A stretch of DNA of 64,000 nt from the human T2T-CHM13v2.0 reference genome, Homo sapiens. Where the stretch lies: the NCBI RefSeq assembly GCF_009914755.1, contig NC_060930.1. One strand, given 5' to 3'. This document shows, piece after piece, positions 41,883 through 55,280 of the stretch. Position numbers and translations under genes: made by a program. The notes under the pieces are model-generated. The model did not search any database. It was not told the origin of the DNA and was given only the letters and a program-made list of their open reading frames with translations. How positions within the stretch are numbered: the stretch's first letter is position 1; every line of letters begins with the position of its first letter.

Positions 41883-44350
41883 GAGAGAGAGAGAGAGAGA
41901 AGTTAAGCATCAATGAGTGTGGCTCAGGTCCTAAACCACAGGCTGAAACCCCAGGAAACTTCATACCTCTGTTGTCCTACACTCCAATGTGTAGTCAGTC
42001 ATTTAGTCTTTCAATGTCTCTGTATGAATGCAAGGGACTCACAGGATATTTTGTTGGGAAAAAAATCAAGGTTTTTTAAAACGATAATATATGTTATCCG
42101 TTGACTGCCTATTCTGGGCCAGGGTATTGGGTTAAGGGCTTTATAAATGTTTTTGTCAACTTCTAAAACATCTCTAGATATTATTGGCACATTGGATTTA
42201 GAAAGAAGAAGGGAGGCTAAATAAGTTGTCAAAGGTCACACAAACTGGTCCAGATTCCGCCCAGATATGTGAGCAAATGACTTTGGGTCACAGGCTTGAC
42301 TGCGTCTTTGTACATATTGTTCGGTATTCTGAAAACTCTTTGAAAGGAAACTTTGGGGAAAATCATTTTAATTGTAAGCCCCATGAGGAGACCATAGTTC
42401 AAACACATCCCCTCAGCCTGGGGCCAAGTAAGAGGAACTTTAAGAAACCCCCAGGAGAGTTTATCATGTGGCCTGTAGTGTTGGTAGAAGACTCTGGGCT
42501 GCTGGAGGACACAGGTCTGGAAATATAAGGGACAAGAACCTGGCTGTGGCAGCATGACAGAGGTTTTGGAGTCACTGGACTCCTGTTGACTAAAGGTCAA
42601 AGGCATGTGTTTTGAGAGGAGGAGATGTTGGCAGAAATAGAAACTGGCCTGGAGCTGTTCTACATGGTCTTTGCTACAGAGAGCCACCTGGAAGGACAGA
42701 GTCCCCAACAGGGAGAACCTGTGTGACAATGGACTTCTAAGAACCAGAGACCTAAGGGGAGACCACGAGGAGCCATCCAGAAATTCTAGTCAGGGAGGCA
42801 CAAGGGAGCGATACCACATGAAGGAGGGCTGGGGCCCAGCCAGGTGCTAGGGGATGCCTGACAATCCACCAAGCCCTCCATGAGACAGAATTGACTGTAA
42901 GTATCTGCCACGGTCAGAAGAAACCACAGCCGGGTCCTAAAAGTTCTAAGCAACTAATATGTTCCTCGCCCCAGGCCTCCTCTCCCTTCCCTGCTCTTCC
43001 AAGTGTTAGAGGAGCCGGGGCATCTAGCAAGGGTATGGCTGGAGTTTGAGGGCAAGGGCAGGACAGAGGGACAGAAGCCCATCAGGAAAGAACAGAACCA
43101 GACCTTCTTTCTTTCCCAGAATAGACTTCTAGCCAGAAGCAGCCCAAAACCACAGCTTTAACATTATTTAACATGCATGGATTCTGAGGTCAAAAGTGAG
43201 AGAAGGATTTTTGTTTTGTTTTGTTACCTCTGAGAAGGTAGATGAGCCATAAGGCCACAGAGAAAGTTTGCAAGAGAGGTTAGGGCAGCGGACAATGCCG
43301 TTTGATTTTACTCTTCAAGTCCTCCTTTAACAATAACATCTGGGTCAGGGATATGAGTGGGCTTAGCAGTAACAACAGATAAAACCCATGGAGCCTCATT
43401 AATAGATTTACTGAACAATATTGTGTTAATAGGCACCTTGGCTTCTGATTAGAAAAGGATTATATATCGAGGCAAAATTGCAAAACCTAATTTTCTGCAG
43501 ACATCGCCTAATTATGGGGCCTCTGTCACCTACCACCCGTGTAAACAGGGGCAAGTTACTTACATTCTACGTGCTTAGATTTCTACATCTGCAAAATGGG
43601 AAGAATAAGTCACTTTGACCTAAGATTTTGGGAAGGAAGTAAATAAGTCAATATATTTAAAGTGTTTGGAAGAAGAAATGACACATGGTGAGTGCTTAAT
43701 TTGATATTTTAAATGAGCTTTATTAAAATCAACACACAGTGAATTCAAGCAGTTAATTTGAAAGCACCCATTCATGAAGTGAACAGTGAGTTTTAAAACA
43801 ATAAAATATAAGAAATGTTCCAATAGTTCAAAAAAATCAATAAGACTCGTGGAATTTTTTGAGTGAAGTGAACAAAATTAAAGGCTAACTGTATTTTCTT
43901 GGTTATTACAAACATAACAAGCCCATCTCTGGACTTGGACAGATCTGTCTTGTAGATTTTCATAGCAATTGGAGATCCATATGGAATGTGAAAGTTCTGG
44001 AACCAAATGACCCTGTTACAGTTTCAGAACACAGTTTTGTATTGAATTATGCTAACTGATTTTTATAAAATCCCTTTATCAGTTGGAGCTTCAGGTTCAC
44101 TCTACATTTCGATTTTGTCGGTTGGTCTGTTTTTATAATGGGGCAGAACTAATTTGCTGCCATTTTAGAAGCTTCTACTTAGTGTTAATTCATCATATTC
44201 ATTTCTTTTATTCTGCAAACAAATATAAACTCAAGTTCATTAGCTACTGGGATCATTCACTGCTTCTTTGGGGTGTGACCACATATTGATTTCATACATT
44301 CCTGAATTATATTTTTCCTTCCTTTAGAAGGAAAATTCTATTGCCTACCT

Positions 44351-44876
44351 CAGAGGTCCCCAACCCCCGGGCCAGGGACTGGTACTGGTCTGTGATGTGT
44401 TAGGAAGTGAGCTGCATAGCAGGAGGTGAGCAGTGGGCAAGCAGGCGGAACGTCATTTGTGTTCACAGCCGCTCCCCATCGCTTGCATTACTGCCTGAGC
44501 TCTGCCTCCCGTCAGATCAGTGGTGGCATTAGATTTTCATAGAAGCGAGAATCCTATCGTGGAAGGCACAGGCAAGGGATCTAGGTTGCATGCTCCTAAT
44601 GAGAATCTAATGTGTGATGAGCTGTCACTGTCTCCCATCACCCCCAGATGGGACCATCTTGTTTCAAGAAAGCAAGCTCAGCGCCCTCACTGATTCTGCA
44701 TTATGATGAGCTGTATAATTATTTCATTATATATTACAATATAACAATATAGAAATAAAATGCGCCATAAATGTAATGCACTTGAATCATCCCAAAATCA
44801 TCCCCCTACCCTGGTCCGTGGAAAAATTGTCTTCCACGAAACTGGTCCCTGGTGCCAAAAAGGTTGGGGACTGCTG
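44351..44876. mobile_element. MER1A hAT-Charlie element, full length
   Basis: TIRs cagaggtccccaacc / ggttggggactgctg; 526 bp; perfect 8-bp TSD gcctacct at 44343-44350 and 44877-44884. Confidence 0.93.
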
Positions 44877-45204
44877 GCCTACCTAATGTCCCTAATGACA
44901 TTATAAATCTGCATACTATTAAAGAGAAAAGAAAAGCCATATAAAGACTTTTTAGTTTACCTTTCTGAAAGAAGATGACTTAAGAATGGAATTCAGAAAG
45001 TTTAGAGGGGGTAGTGAAGAAAGGCATGGAGGCTAGAAATAAAGTAGATAAAGTTGTTCTTTTCCTAGCACTATTTTCATTGCATGCTTCATTTCTTCTC
45101 AACCATGTCATAATGGGATCTATTAATATATTAGTTCTTGGGTCCTGATATTTCAGGAAATTAACTTTAGTATCTGTAGTTCTGTCCATGTATGTTTCAG
45201 TCTA

Positions 45205-45392
45205 ATACAGAGTGTAGTGGTGAACAGCAAGGATTCTGCAACCAAAGTACTTGGGTCTGAAAGGGGCTCTATCCTGGCTCACCACCACAGTGACCTTGGG
45301 CAGGTGACTTGTGCTCTCTGTGCTGGGGTTTCCACATCTGTAAAATCAATGGAAAAGGTATTAAGTTCATATATTTAAAGTGCTTAGAAAAG
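45205..45392 (+). mobile_element. MIR (continues ~45725-45780 after the Alu)
   Basis: gtgaccttgggcaggtgactt..ctctctgtgct....tttccacatctgtaaaat. Confidence 0.75.
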
Positions 45393-45724
45393 GGCAAGGA
45401 GCAGTAGCTCACACCTGTAATCCCAGCACTTTGAGGGGCCAAGGCAGGAGGATAACTTGAGGTCAGAAGTTTGAGACCAGCCTGGGCAACATAGCAAGAC
45501 TCCCATCTCCACACACACACACACAGACACACACACACACATTTAATTTAATTTAAAAGTTAGCTGAGTGTGGTGGTGTGCACCTGTAGTCCTAGCTACT
45601 CAAGAGGCTGGATCAGGATGATGGCTTGAGCCCCGGAGTTCAAGGCTGCAGAGGGCTATGAGTGTGCCTCTGCACTCCAGCCTGGGCAACAGAACAAAAC
45701 CCTCTCTCTCTCAAAAAAAAAAAA
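45393..45724 (+). mobile_element. Alu (AluJ) with (CA)n in the middle linker
   Basis: Alu arms flank cacacacacacacagacacacacacacac; TSD aaagtgcttagaaaag / aaagtgtttagaagag. Confidence 0.93.
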
Positions 45725-46297
45725 AAAGTGTTTAGAAGAGTAAGGGGCACATGGTGACACTTAATAAATCTTAGCTCTTACTATTTCTTTTATTTTTCTG
45801 CTCATTTCTGAATGAAAGGACAGCTTCTTGTTTAGTGTGGTTTCTCCATGTTATTTGGAGACATACCAGCATGTTACAAATGAACAGAATAAGTTAATTT
45901 AAAAACCTAAGTTTGTGTTAATACAGCCAATTTGTGTTTTGAAGGTCAAGTGCTGGTTGTGATGATCAATCTCATCATTCTGGTTTTTATGTTTGGATTG
46001 TGGAAGTTGTATCCACAGAAGCAGTGAATCTCAAAGGCCTGTTTCCTGCCTTTTTCCTTTCCCAGTCATTTGCCTCTACCACATTCTCCTATGCAATTTC
46101 TTTCTAGAGTGTCCTTCTGTCTCCATTTTTGCTTTTTCCTTCACCATCAGTTCCTCTGCAGGTCTGGTTGTCTCATTCTCATCTGCTAGGGTACTGCCTT
46201 TCCTCTCTTCACTTCATGAAATTCAGGTTTCCCAAACTCACCTTTACTCTTGGTAAACTCTCCACTCACGAGGAGATAAACATTACAAATAACACAT

Positions 46298-46327
46298 GAA
46301 AAGAAAAGAAAAGAAAAGAAAAGAAAC
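46298..46327. repeat. (GAAAA)n pentanucleotide repeat
   Basis: Read directly. Confidence 0.9.
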
Positions 46328-47369
46328 ATTTAGGAGGGGACTTTTCACAACTCCATGTGTTTTTCCTAGATTACAGTTTTGTTTGTATTTTAATTAATCA
46401 TTTTAATAGATTGGGAGTGTTTCTCAGTATGATTTTGTGCATGCACATAGATGACAAGGTTCTGTAATGTAGAGACTGAAAGTAATTTTTTCCCATGGCT
46501 AACTCCAAAAATGCAGACATTTGGCTGAGTGACTTAGAACCAAGAAAGCCAATAGAGGGTATATTTAATGCAGTATTTCCATTCATGTACTTACCACTTT
46601 TTTTCTGGAAAGGAATTGAGAGCTTACAAGGATATATACTCCCCAAAAAGATAATGTGAATTTAAAATGTGTCTCCCCCTACACAAAAAAGTAAAAATAA
46701 AGTATTGGGCAAAGTAGAGCCAGGGAGACTAAACATTTATATCATGATGACCCACATGTCTTTTTTAGATGCGGTTACATAATTGGCTAGGAAAATTTAA
46801 AAACTTGATCAAATTTAGCAACAATTCCCAATGTTTTCCCTACTTCAACTTGTAGAACAGATGACTTTTGCCTGTGAGATTATCATCTCCATGGGGAAAT
46901 AGCTGTAGCCAGTTTGCCTCTTGTTATTCTATTTTTCTGCCTCTCAGGAAGAAAGCATACAGGAGTTCAAATTACTGTGACATTGTTATAGGGTGTCCTT
47001 GAATCTTTTCTAATTTATGTCTTAAGTATGTAATTTACAAACTTCATTACTTTAATAGTAATAATAAAAATCCCTTGCAGTGCATCTGAAATATACTGTG
47101 CTAGAGAACTTCCAGGTTTGCACAATTCACAATGTCCATAAATCAATATAAAGGAAATAATAACTCAGGTTAAGGACAATTAATCTTGAAATGAAGATCA
47201 AGCAGGGATTTCTCCTGGGACTCATTATGGGCATGCTTTGTTCAATGAATCACTTTCTCCACGACACCCTGACTGACTGTAGAAGGACCAACGAGTTCCA
47301 TTGGACTAATTTTAACACTCTTAAGAATTGAATACTAAGAACATCCTAATAACCACCCAAATTTTATTT

Positions 47370-47438
47370 ATTCTGTGGGATACCCACTTTCCCTCACTTG
47401 TTGCAATTCTGTGGGATACCCACTTTCCCTCACTCGTT
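47370..47438. repeat. Local tandem duplication, 36-bp period
   Basis: attctgtgggatacccactttccctcact at 47370 and again at 47406. Confidence 0.95.
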
Positions 47439-49191
47439 ATCGTCCTTCTTTGTTGTTTCTGTGCATAAAGCTGATAGTCATTACGCTATTGATTATTTAA
47501 GAAAACAACCCATCTTGAGATAATGTTGCTGGCTAACATTCCCGGAGTTTTCTCGAAAGGACTTTTTCTATCTTTTACTTAATTACTTTAGAGATAAGAA
47601 CTTCCCAAATAGCTGCTATAACTTCACCACATAGATGAGAAGGCAAATTCGCTCAATTGTATTTAATGTAGGGCAAGTATTCTTAGACATTTTGGGGTCA
47701 CAAATCCATTGCAAAAATGATGAAAGCTCCATCCCTAGAAAAATGCACTGATTCATAACATTACATTTTATGTACCATTTCAAAGATTTTGTAGACCTCT
47801 TAGAGCTTACACAAAGGCCTTCTAATCCAAAGATGCCATTCATTCTAACTTAAGTAATACAGCTCTGCTTATTTTAAGATATATCCATGTGAATGAAAGC
47901 CTGTGTATGGAGAATCTACCTCTGGAAGATAATTTGAAATGACCACCACATCAGTGTCAATAGACAGAGTCAAGAGAGGTATTTCATTCATGAAAAAGGC
48001 AACATATATCCTCACACAGATGCAAATCCAATTTACTAGGATTGGCAGAACCTGATGTTTATGACAGATATTCTTGGAGCTGACAAAATCTAGTATTTTT
48101 GTGGAAGCACATACCAGCTTCAAATTGTCCACTTTTCCTGAAAAGACTGGCCCTTGGCAAGCATACTAATGATATAAAGAAAGCAGAAGTAAATTTTAAT
48201 GTAATTTCCTTCAACCACATTACATGATAATATGAAAATAACAAGAAGAGCTTTCTTTTCTGTCTTATGTGAGGGTGAGGGGGGTGAAGCTTGCAATAAA
48301 TAGAATATTTGGATAAATTATGGCTTGTTGGGCTTTTTTGATACTCATTAGTCACTTTGGTTTTCAGCAATTGTTTAACATCCTTCTTTTTCAGTAAAAA
48401 ACTTAATTTTGGAATGTGATTGTCAGGTTAATCAGAGCTAGAATTACCTATACAAAGAAGTAGCTGTGGGCTTTGATTACCTACCTAACCTTAACCAATC
48501 CCAGTTGGCTGAGTGGGTAGGCAATAGAGTTGTCACTCTGTGATTTTGCTGCGTATGAGGCCAATGCATCAAAAGGATTTATTTATAGATCATAAAATTC
48601 TCGGCTTAAAGTGGGACATTTTGCTTCTCTATTCTTCCCACTAATTATGAATTGTCACTGACTTTTGCAGTTACCTACTTAAATAGCATTGATTCTTATA
48701 CAGTACATTTCCTATAGCGTGTTTATATGTATTCAGTATAAAAAACTGCACATGAAAACACAGAGATTAAAGTAAATTTTGATTGTATAGAAGGATGTAA
48801 AATTATGTGGATGTGTTCTTTTTATAAGAAAATAATCATCAGAAGTAGATATCAAGTATACTCTATGGTGGAATTTCTATTCTTTTTGTTTCTTTTATTC
48901 GTAATATTGGGTGACTTGTAGTATTTTAAATCCACACCAGAGACCTTTGTAGGGTATAATATTCTTGCCAAAAGAGAAGGAGTTACATGAGAATTTGACT
49001 GTAGCTGTCTTTGAAGGAGTAGGATTATGGATGGTTTCTGTTTCCCTCTGTTTCTTTATCTTCGTTTTCTTTTTCTGGAATGAAAATGTATTGCTTTTGT
49101 AATAAACAAAAACCGACCAAAAAATTATTTTTGGGGAAAAATAATGCTTCGTTGTAAAAAAAAAACACAAGCTCTTTTAGAAAGCAATTTG

Positions 49192-49533
49192 TATGGTTTT
49201 TAGAGGCTAGGAAGTGGGGTGGGGTGGTTACGGAGAGATTGGTTAATGAATACAAAATTACAGCTGGATAGGAGGAATAAGTTTTAGGGTTGTATAGTAC
49301 TGTAGAGTGAATATAGCAAACAATTTATTGTATATGTTCAAAAATCTAGAAGAGAGGATTTTGAAAGAAATCGTGAATGTTTGAGGTGATGGGTATCCTA
49401 GTTACCCTGATTTGTTCATTACACATTATACACGTGTATTGAAATATCACTCCGTACCCCATAAATGTGTGCCATTATTATGTGCCAACTAAAAATAAAA
49501 GGCAAATAATGAAACCAAAACAAAACAACAACA
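49192..49533 (+). mobile_element. 5'-truncated L1MA-type 3' end
   Basis: gagagattggttaatgaatacaaaattacagct.gataggaggaataagtt...gaggtgatgg.tat.cta.ttaccctgatttg...; perfect 13-bp TSD agaaagcaatttg at 49179-49191 and 49534-49546. Confidence 0.92.
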
Positions 49534-50068
49534 AGAAAGCAATTTGGAATAGAAGCAAGACATACATTGTAGCTCTCGGCCCAGGGGAGTTATTATCACA
49601 GCAAGGCAATGCCTGATCACAGTGCACACGAGTGGGATTTCTGTAAAGGAAAAAGAGAGAAAAACAACAGCATAGAGGCTAGGGAAAAAGCTCTTTCTAG
49701 TAGCAGAAACAACTGTTTACATGAAGTTGTATCTCAGCCTAGCATAGCCTTGAGGAACTCTTAGGTTTCATAGAGGAGAAGTTTGGGACCAAATTGTTGC
49801 CTCAGGTACAAGACAAAGGAGTTTTGTGCTTGACTTAGGAGGTGATGAAAACTCGTTGGAAAGTATTTGAGTAGGTGAGTGATCTGATTACTACTATGCT
49901 TTAGAAACGTTGACTGGCAACCTGGATTAGTGGCTTGGAGTATGGAATAACAGTAGAAAGAGTTTAGTAGTTGAAACTCTTTAAAATAGCCCAGAAGAGA
50001 TCTTAAATTAGGCTCCAATTTTATGAGTGGAGTGGGTAAGATGAAGAAAAGATAATAAAAGAAAATGA

Positions 50069-50561
<493 letters not shown>

Positions 50562-50960
50562 TTACTGAAGACACTCCATGTATTTAATTCACAACTAAGT
50601 GAAGGCTGAAAATTGAAAATGAACTAAAAACTCCAGTCAAGTTTGATACGCAGTGGACCTGAGTTCCCAGACTCTTACTCTACTCCCTTAGTGGATTGCC
50701 CTTAAGATAAGATTCAAGGGCTTTAGAAAAAAAAAAAAAAGCTGTGAAAAAGGCATTGATGGTAAGGTACTTGTTTCTTTCATTTTCTGCTTTATGGAAT
50801 CCACATATTTAAGCTCACCTTGATGAATTCTATATTGAACATGTTAATAGAAATGATGACTAGAAGGAGAGAGGGGGAGGGAAACCGAAGAGCCTTCCCA
50901 CCAGTCTATTATCACCTAGGGGCAGGATATACTAACTGAAGACTCATTTCTTCTGAGTAA

Positions 50961-51288
<328 letters not shown>

Positions 51289-51294
51289 TCAAAA

Positions 51295-51412
51295 AATTTT
51301 TTTATTTTGAAAAAAATGTTTATGGATTTAGGGGGTACAAGTATGCTTTTGTTACATGGATATATTGCGTAGTGGCGAAGTCTTGGCTTTTAGAGTAACT
51401 ATCAACTGAACT
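51295..51412 (-). mobile_element. L1PB/L1MA 3' end fragment
   Basis: gatttagggggtacaagt..ttttgttacatggatatattgcgtagtgg.gaagtct.ggcttttag.gtaac. Confidence 0.75.
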
Positions 51413-52324
51413 GTGTGCCTAACATTTTAAAAAGTTGAATTCCAGAAACCTACAACATACAAAGTTATCAAAGAACTATCGTATTTGAGCTTCTTCTAGA
51501 AAAAGAAAATAAAGATGAAATATTTCTCTATGTTTTCTTATTAAAAATCATTGCTCTGTGCATAGTAGTTGCTCAAGAAATATCCATTGATAACTGGCTA
51601 CATGAACAAATACATGAATGAACATTGAAATTACGATGCATTTTTGAAATCTATGTGAACACTGGGGTCTATAGTCTTTGCACTTTATAGACATTAGGTT
51701 TGTTAGAAAATAGAAAGGATCATGGTACCCAAATGAGAAAAATCATCCAGACAAGAACCCGTCACTCAGGACCTCAGGTACATATTGATTACAGTTTGCA
51801 CTTCAGTGACCTAAGAGCAAGGGATGGGCTTAAAATAGAAGAAAATGTCATCTATTATTTCATAACTCAGTAGCTGAAATGCAGGCCCTACTTGGATAGA
51901 AAGACCTACAGCCTGGGTCAGAAGTCTGCCCCCTTGTTTAAATTCACATTGCACTATTGCACACTCCAAGTGTGGCTTCTCTCGAAGTGTTTCTTACCTC
52001 ATAGGAGGCCTTGGCCTGTCTGAAATTGTTCTATGTTTCATCAGATTCCTTGACTGACACAACAAGAATGACAGCTGTGATGTGATTTAGAACCACCTAT
52101 GTTAATGCTCATACAGTAATGACTTTTCTTCTTCTTGGCTATTTGGAGATATAAGGGAAGAGAAGATTAAATCTAAGAGATGGAAAATACACTTCTCATT
52201 AATATGGTCTTGGTCTTTTCAGACACACACACAATTTTTAATGAGTTCTTAAAATAGTTACTGTGTATTTTGACTTGGGAAAGGGATCTTAGACTGTGTG
52301 ATCTGAACACCCTCCTCATTTTAT

Positions 52325-52506
52325 GGAGGAGGAAATAAAAATCAAAATTTTAGCCAGGCTTGACGGTACATCCATCTGTAGTCACAGTGACTCAGGAGGC
52401 TGAGGTGGAAGGATCACTTGAGCCTAAGAGTTTAAGGCTGCAGGGAGCCATGATTGTGCCAATATACTCCAGCCTGGGTGACAGAACAAGACCTGGGCTC
52501 ATAAAA
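52325..52506 (+). mobile_element. FRAM / AluJ right monomer
   Basis: ttagccaggc...ctcaggaggctgaggtggaaggatcacttgagcc...ccagcctgggtgacaga. Confidence 0.85.
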
Positions 52507-53621
52507 ATTATGAAAAGTAGACATTGAAAAGGTTTAATGAGTGTGCCAACTAAGGTGATGCTCATCTCTATCAGAACTATGGTGAAATCTAGGGGTTCTC
52601 TCCCACATTCTCAAGATAGCAGTCTGAAATTCCAGGGTACAGCACTTATTATAGGGAGAACACTTGGAAAGAACATCTTATGTTAGCTAAGAGTCTGAAA
52701 TGGAATTCATTTCATATACCGTAAAACTGAGCTGAATGTTCTGATACATTTAGCTTTAGAATGCTGCTGTCATTGCTAGGCCAGCATATTTGTCACACAG
52801 TAGCATGAAAATAAAAAACAAAAAATAAGCCGCTCTAGAACTGTAAGCATTACAAAATAATTTATGGCCTAACATGTCTCGAATAATCAGACAATTCATC
52901 TCTTGTCAACAGGAAGCACTTTGGGGTTTTTTTTCAACCTGGCCTTGGTAACTGGGACACAAATACTAAGCTCTTTAGGGAGTCAAGAACTTCTCATATG
53001 AAAGCCAATGAAGTCGCAAAGCAAGCAAAATTGGAATGTTTTTATTAAATGTGGTGTAATGCTCAAGATTTCACTTACCCCATTGCTTGTTTCAAAGCCC
53101 TTTGCCTCAATAAATAATTTAGTTTCAGACCTTTAAGCTGTTATTTGGAAAAGAACAGCCCCCACCCCCCATCTTTTGTTCCTCTTATGTTGTCAGGCAC
53201 ACAGATATATCAGTAATAGACACGGGGTGTGGAATAATATGCTAAATGCTAAAATGCCTTCTCTGAGCCAAAACATTTGACTTCTTTTCCATCACAATCA
53301 GTCTTAGGACACATGAGATAAGCAACCTGCAGCTTTAGACTATCAACTGTAATGTGATCAAAAGAGCAAATTCCAAATTAGCAATGGTTCCAAATTTGGT
53401 GAGGTAGATAGAATATGAGGAGACAGTCTCAATTGTGGAGCCAATTGATTGTGTGTCCATGAAGAAGTCACTTCACCTATGAGGTTCACTGTCTTCCCAC
53501 TGTGAGGTGCCTCCTGCCTCTGGAATGCTGTGATGTAGAGGAACTATCCATGTGCTACTTGGGTTTTGGCTTCCTTTTCGTGTTAAACCTGGGCACATCT
53601 AAGGAATCTTTGATATACTAG

Positions 53622-53951
<330 letters not shown>

Positions 53952-53959
53952 AAACCTCC

Positions 53960-54630
53960 AATTCTTGAATGACATCTGAATATCTACTTCTGTCCATGTT
54001 CATCACCACGTTCATTGTATTTGAAAACATCACCTTTCTCATCCCAGTTATTTACTGGTCTCCTGCTTCCGCTCTTACATATACACACATGGACATGCAC
54101 ATGCATGTGGACACAGTTTATTCTTCATAGGGCAGCTGGGGTGAACACTTTTAACTATAAATCCTCTAATGGCCTCCTACTACACTGGAATAAAATCCCA
54201 TCCCCTAGCCTGCTGTGGACAGTGCCTGGGCTGGCCCAGCCTCCCTCTCCTTCTACTCCTGCCCGTACTTACCATGCTTGGGTACTCTGACATTTGCACC
54301 AGTAACTCCCTCCAGCTGGAGTGGTCTTCCCTGATTATCCTGTAGCTGCATCGTTTTTGTAAATCAAGGTCTCAGTTTGGAGCTGCCCCCCTTAGAGAGA
54401 CCTTCCTGATCCCCATCCTGACAGTAGGCTATGGTCACTCTTGGCTCTGATCAACCAGCTATAGTTCTGCAATAGCACTTATTGTTCTCTGAAATCATAA
54501 TTTTATACTTGTCCACTGCTTTTATTCCCACCCATTCCCCTAAGATATTTGACAAGACTTTACTTATTCTTTCCATTGATGCGTATCACTAGAACAATGT
54601 CTAGCACATAGGTACTCAATAACTATTTTT
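53960..54630 (+). mobile_element. LINE-2 3' fragment
   Basis: ctggaataaaatcc...agagagaccttcctga...ctagaacaatgtctagcacatagg.actcaataa. Confidence 0.7.
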
Positions 54631-55245
54631 CAAAAGATTCTGGAAGATAATAAAAATATGTTCCCTTTGGCTGAAGTAATTGTATTTTGTCAACCCTGGG
54701 ACCTGATTGGCATAATACATCTATAGATATGAGTAGAAATGTCTCAACCTTCTTCCCTGGGGAGTTTGAGCTTGTGAAGTCTGATTCTCTAGGTTGACAT
54801 TTCTGCAGATTGGGTAGAGTTAAGTAGGTTTAAAATGATAAAGTGAAATGGCAGTGTTATCCAAGAAGTTAAAATAGAGAAGGAAGGGTATCAGCACATA
54901 ACTTACATTTTTAAACTACACAAAGGTATATGCAAAATGTGCACCCGTGAATAAAATTTATATAGATGTAGCTATGGCCAGGTGCACACACAAGTCCAGA
55001 TAACTATAGCAGTGGGTGGAAACAAAAACTTGAGTAATACAAGCAAAACCTAATACCAAAAATAGTTTACCCTATTTTAGAGATGTAGTAGTCAGAGTCA
55101 TAAGGTAATGAGATAAAAACAAAACTCAGAGTGTGTACGTCCAAATAAATATTTCTCTCAATATTGTCTTCAGAACACCATACAATATATTCTGCTTAAA
55201 TATGCATATGGATTGATTCAAGTGACTAGTTTTTGATAGGTTGCT

Positions 55246-55280
55246 AGAACAATGTAGAACATTCTAGAACCTCCTAGAAC
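55246..55280. promoter_or_regulatory. Candidate extended heat-shock element (HSF binding array)
   Basis: aGAAc aatgt aGAAc aTTCt aGAAc cTcCt aGAAc; perfect nGAAnnTTCnnGAAn core at 55256-55270. Confidence 0.5.

Noticed and set aside
42231-42599. Two NBRE (AAAGGTCA) motifs, with a third at 19553
   Set aside because: Count is about what chance predicts for an 8-mer in this window
42229-42729. 166-aa minus-strand ORF
   Set aside because: Non-ATG start, no domain similarity, lies in a GC-richer probable repeat relic
53390-53399. Isolated CArG box CCAAATTTGG
   Set aside because: Several CArG matches are expected by chance; no supporting context
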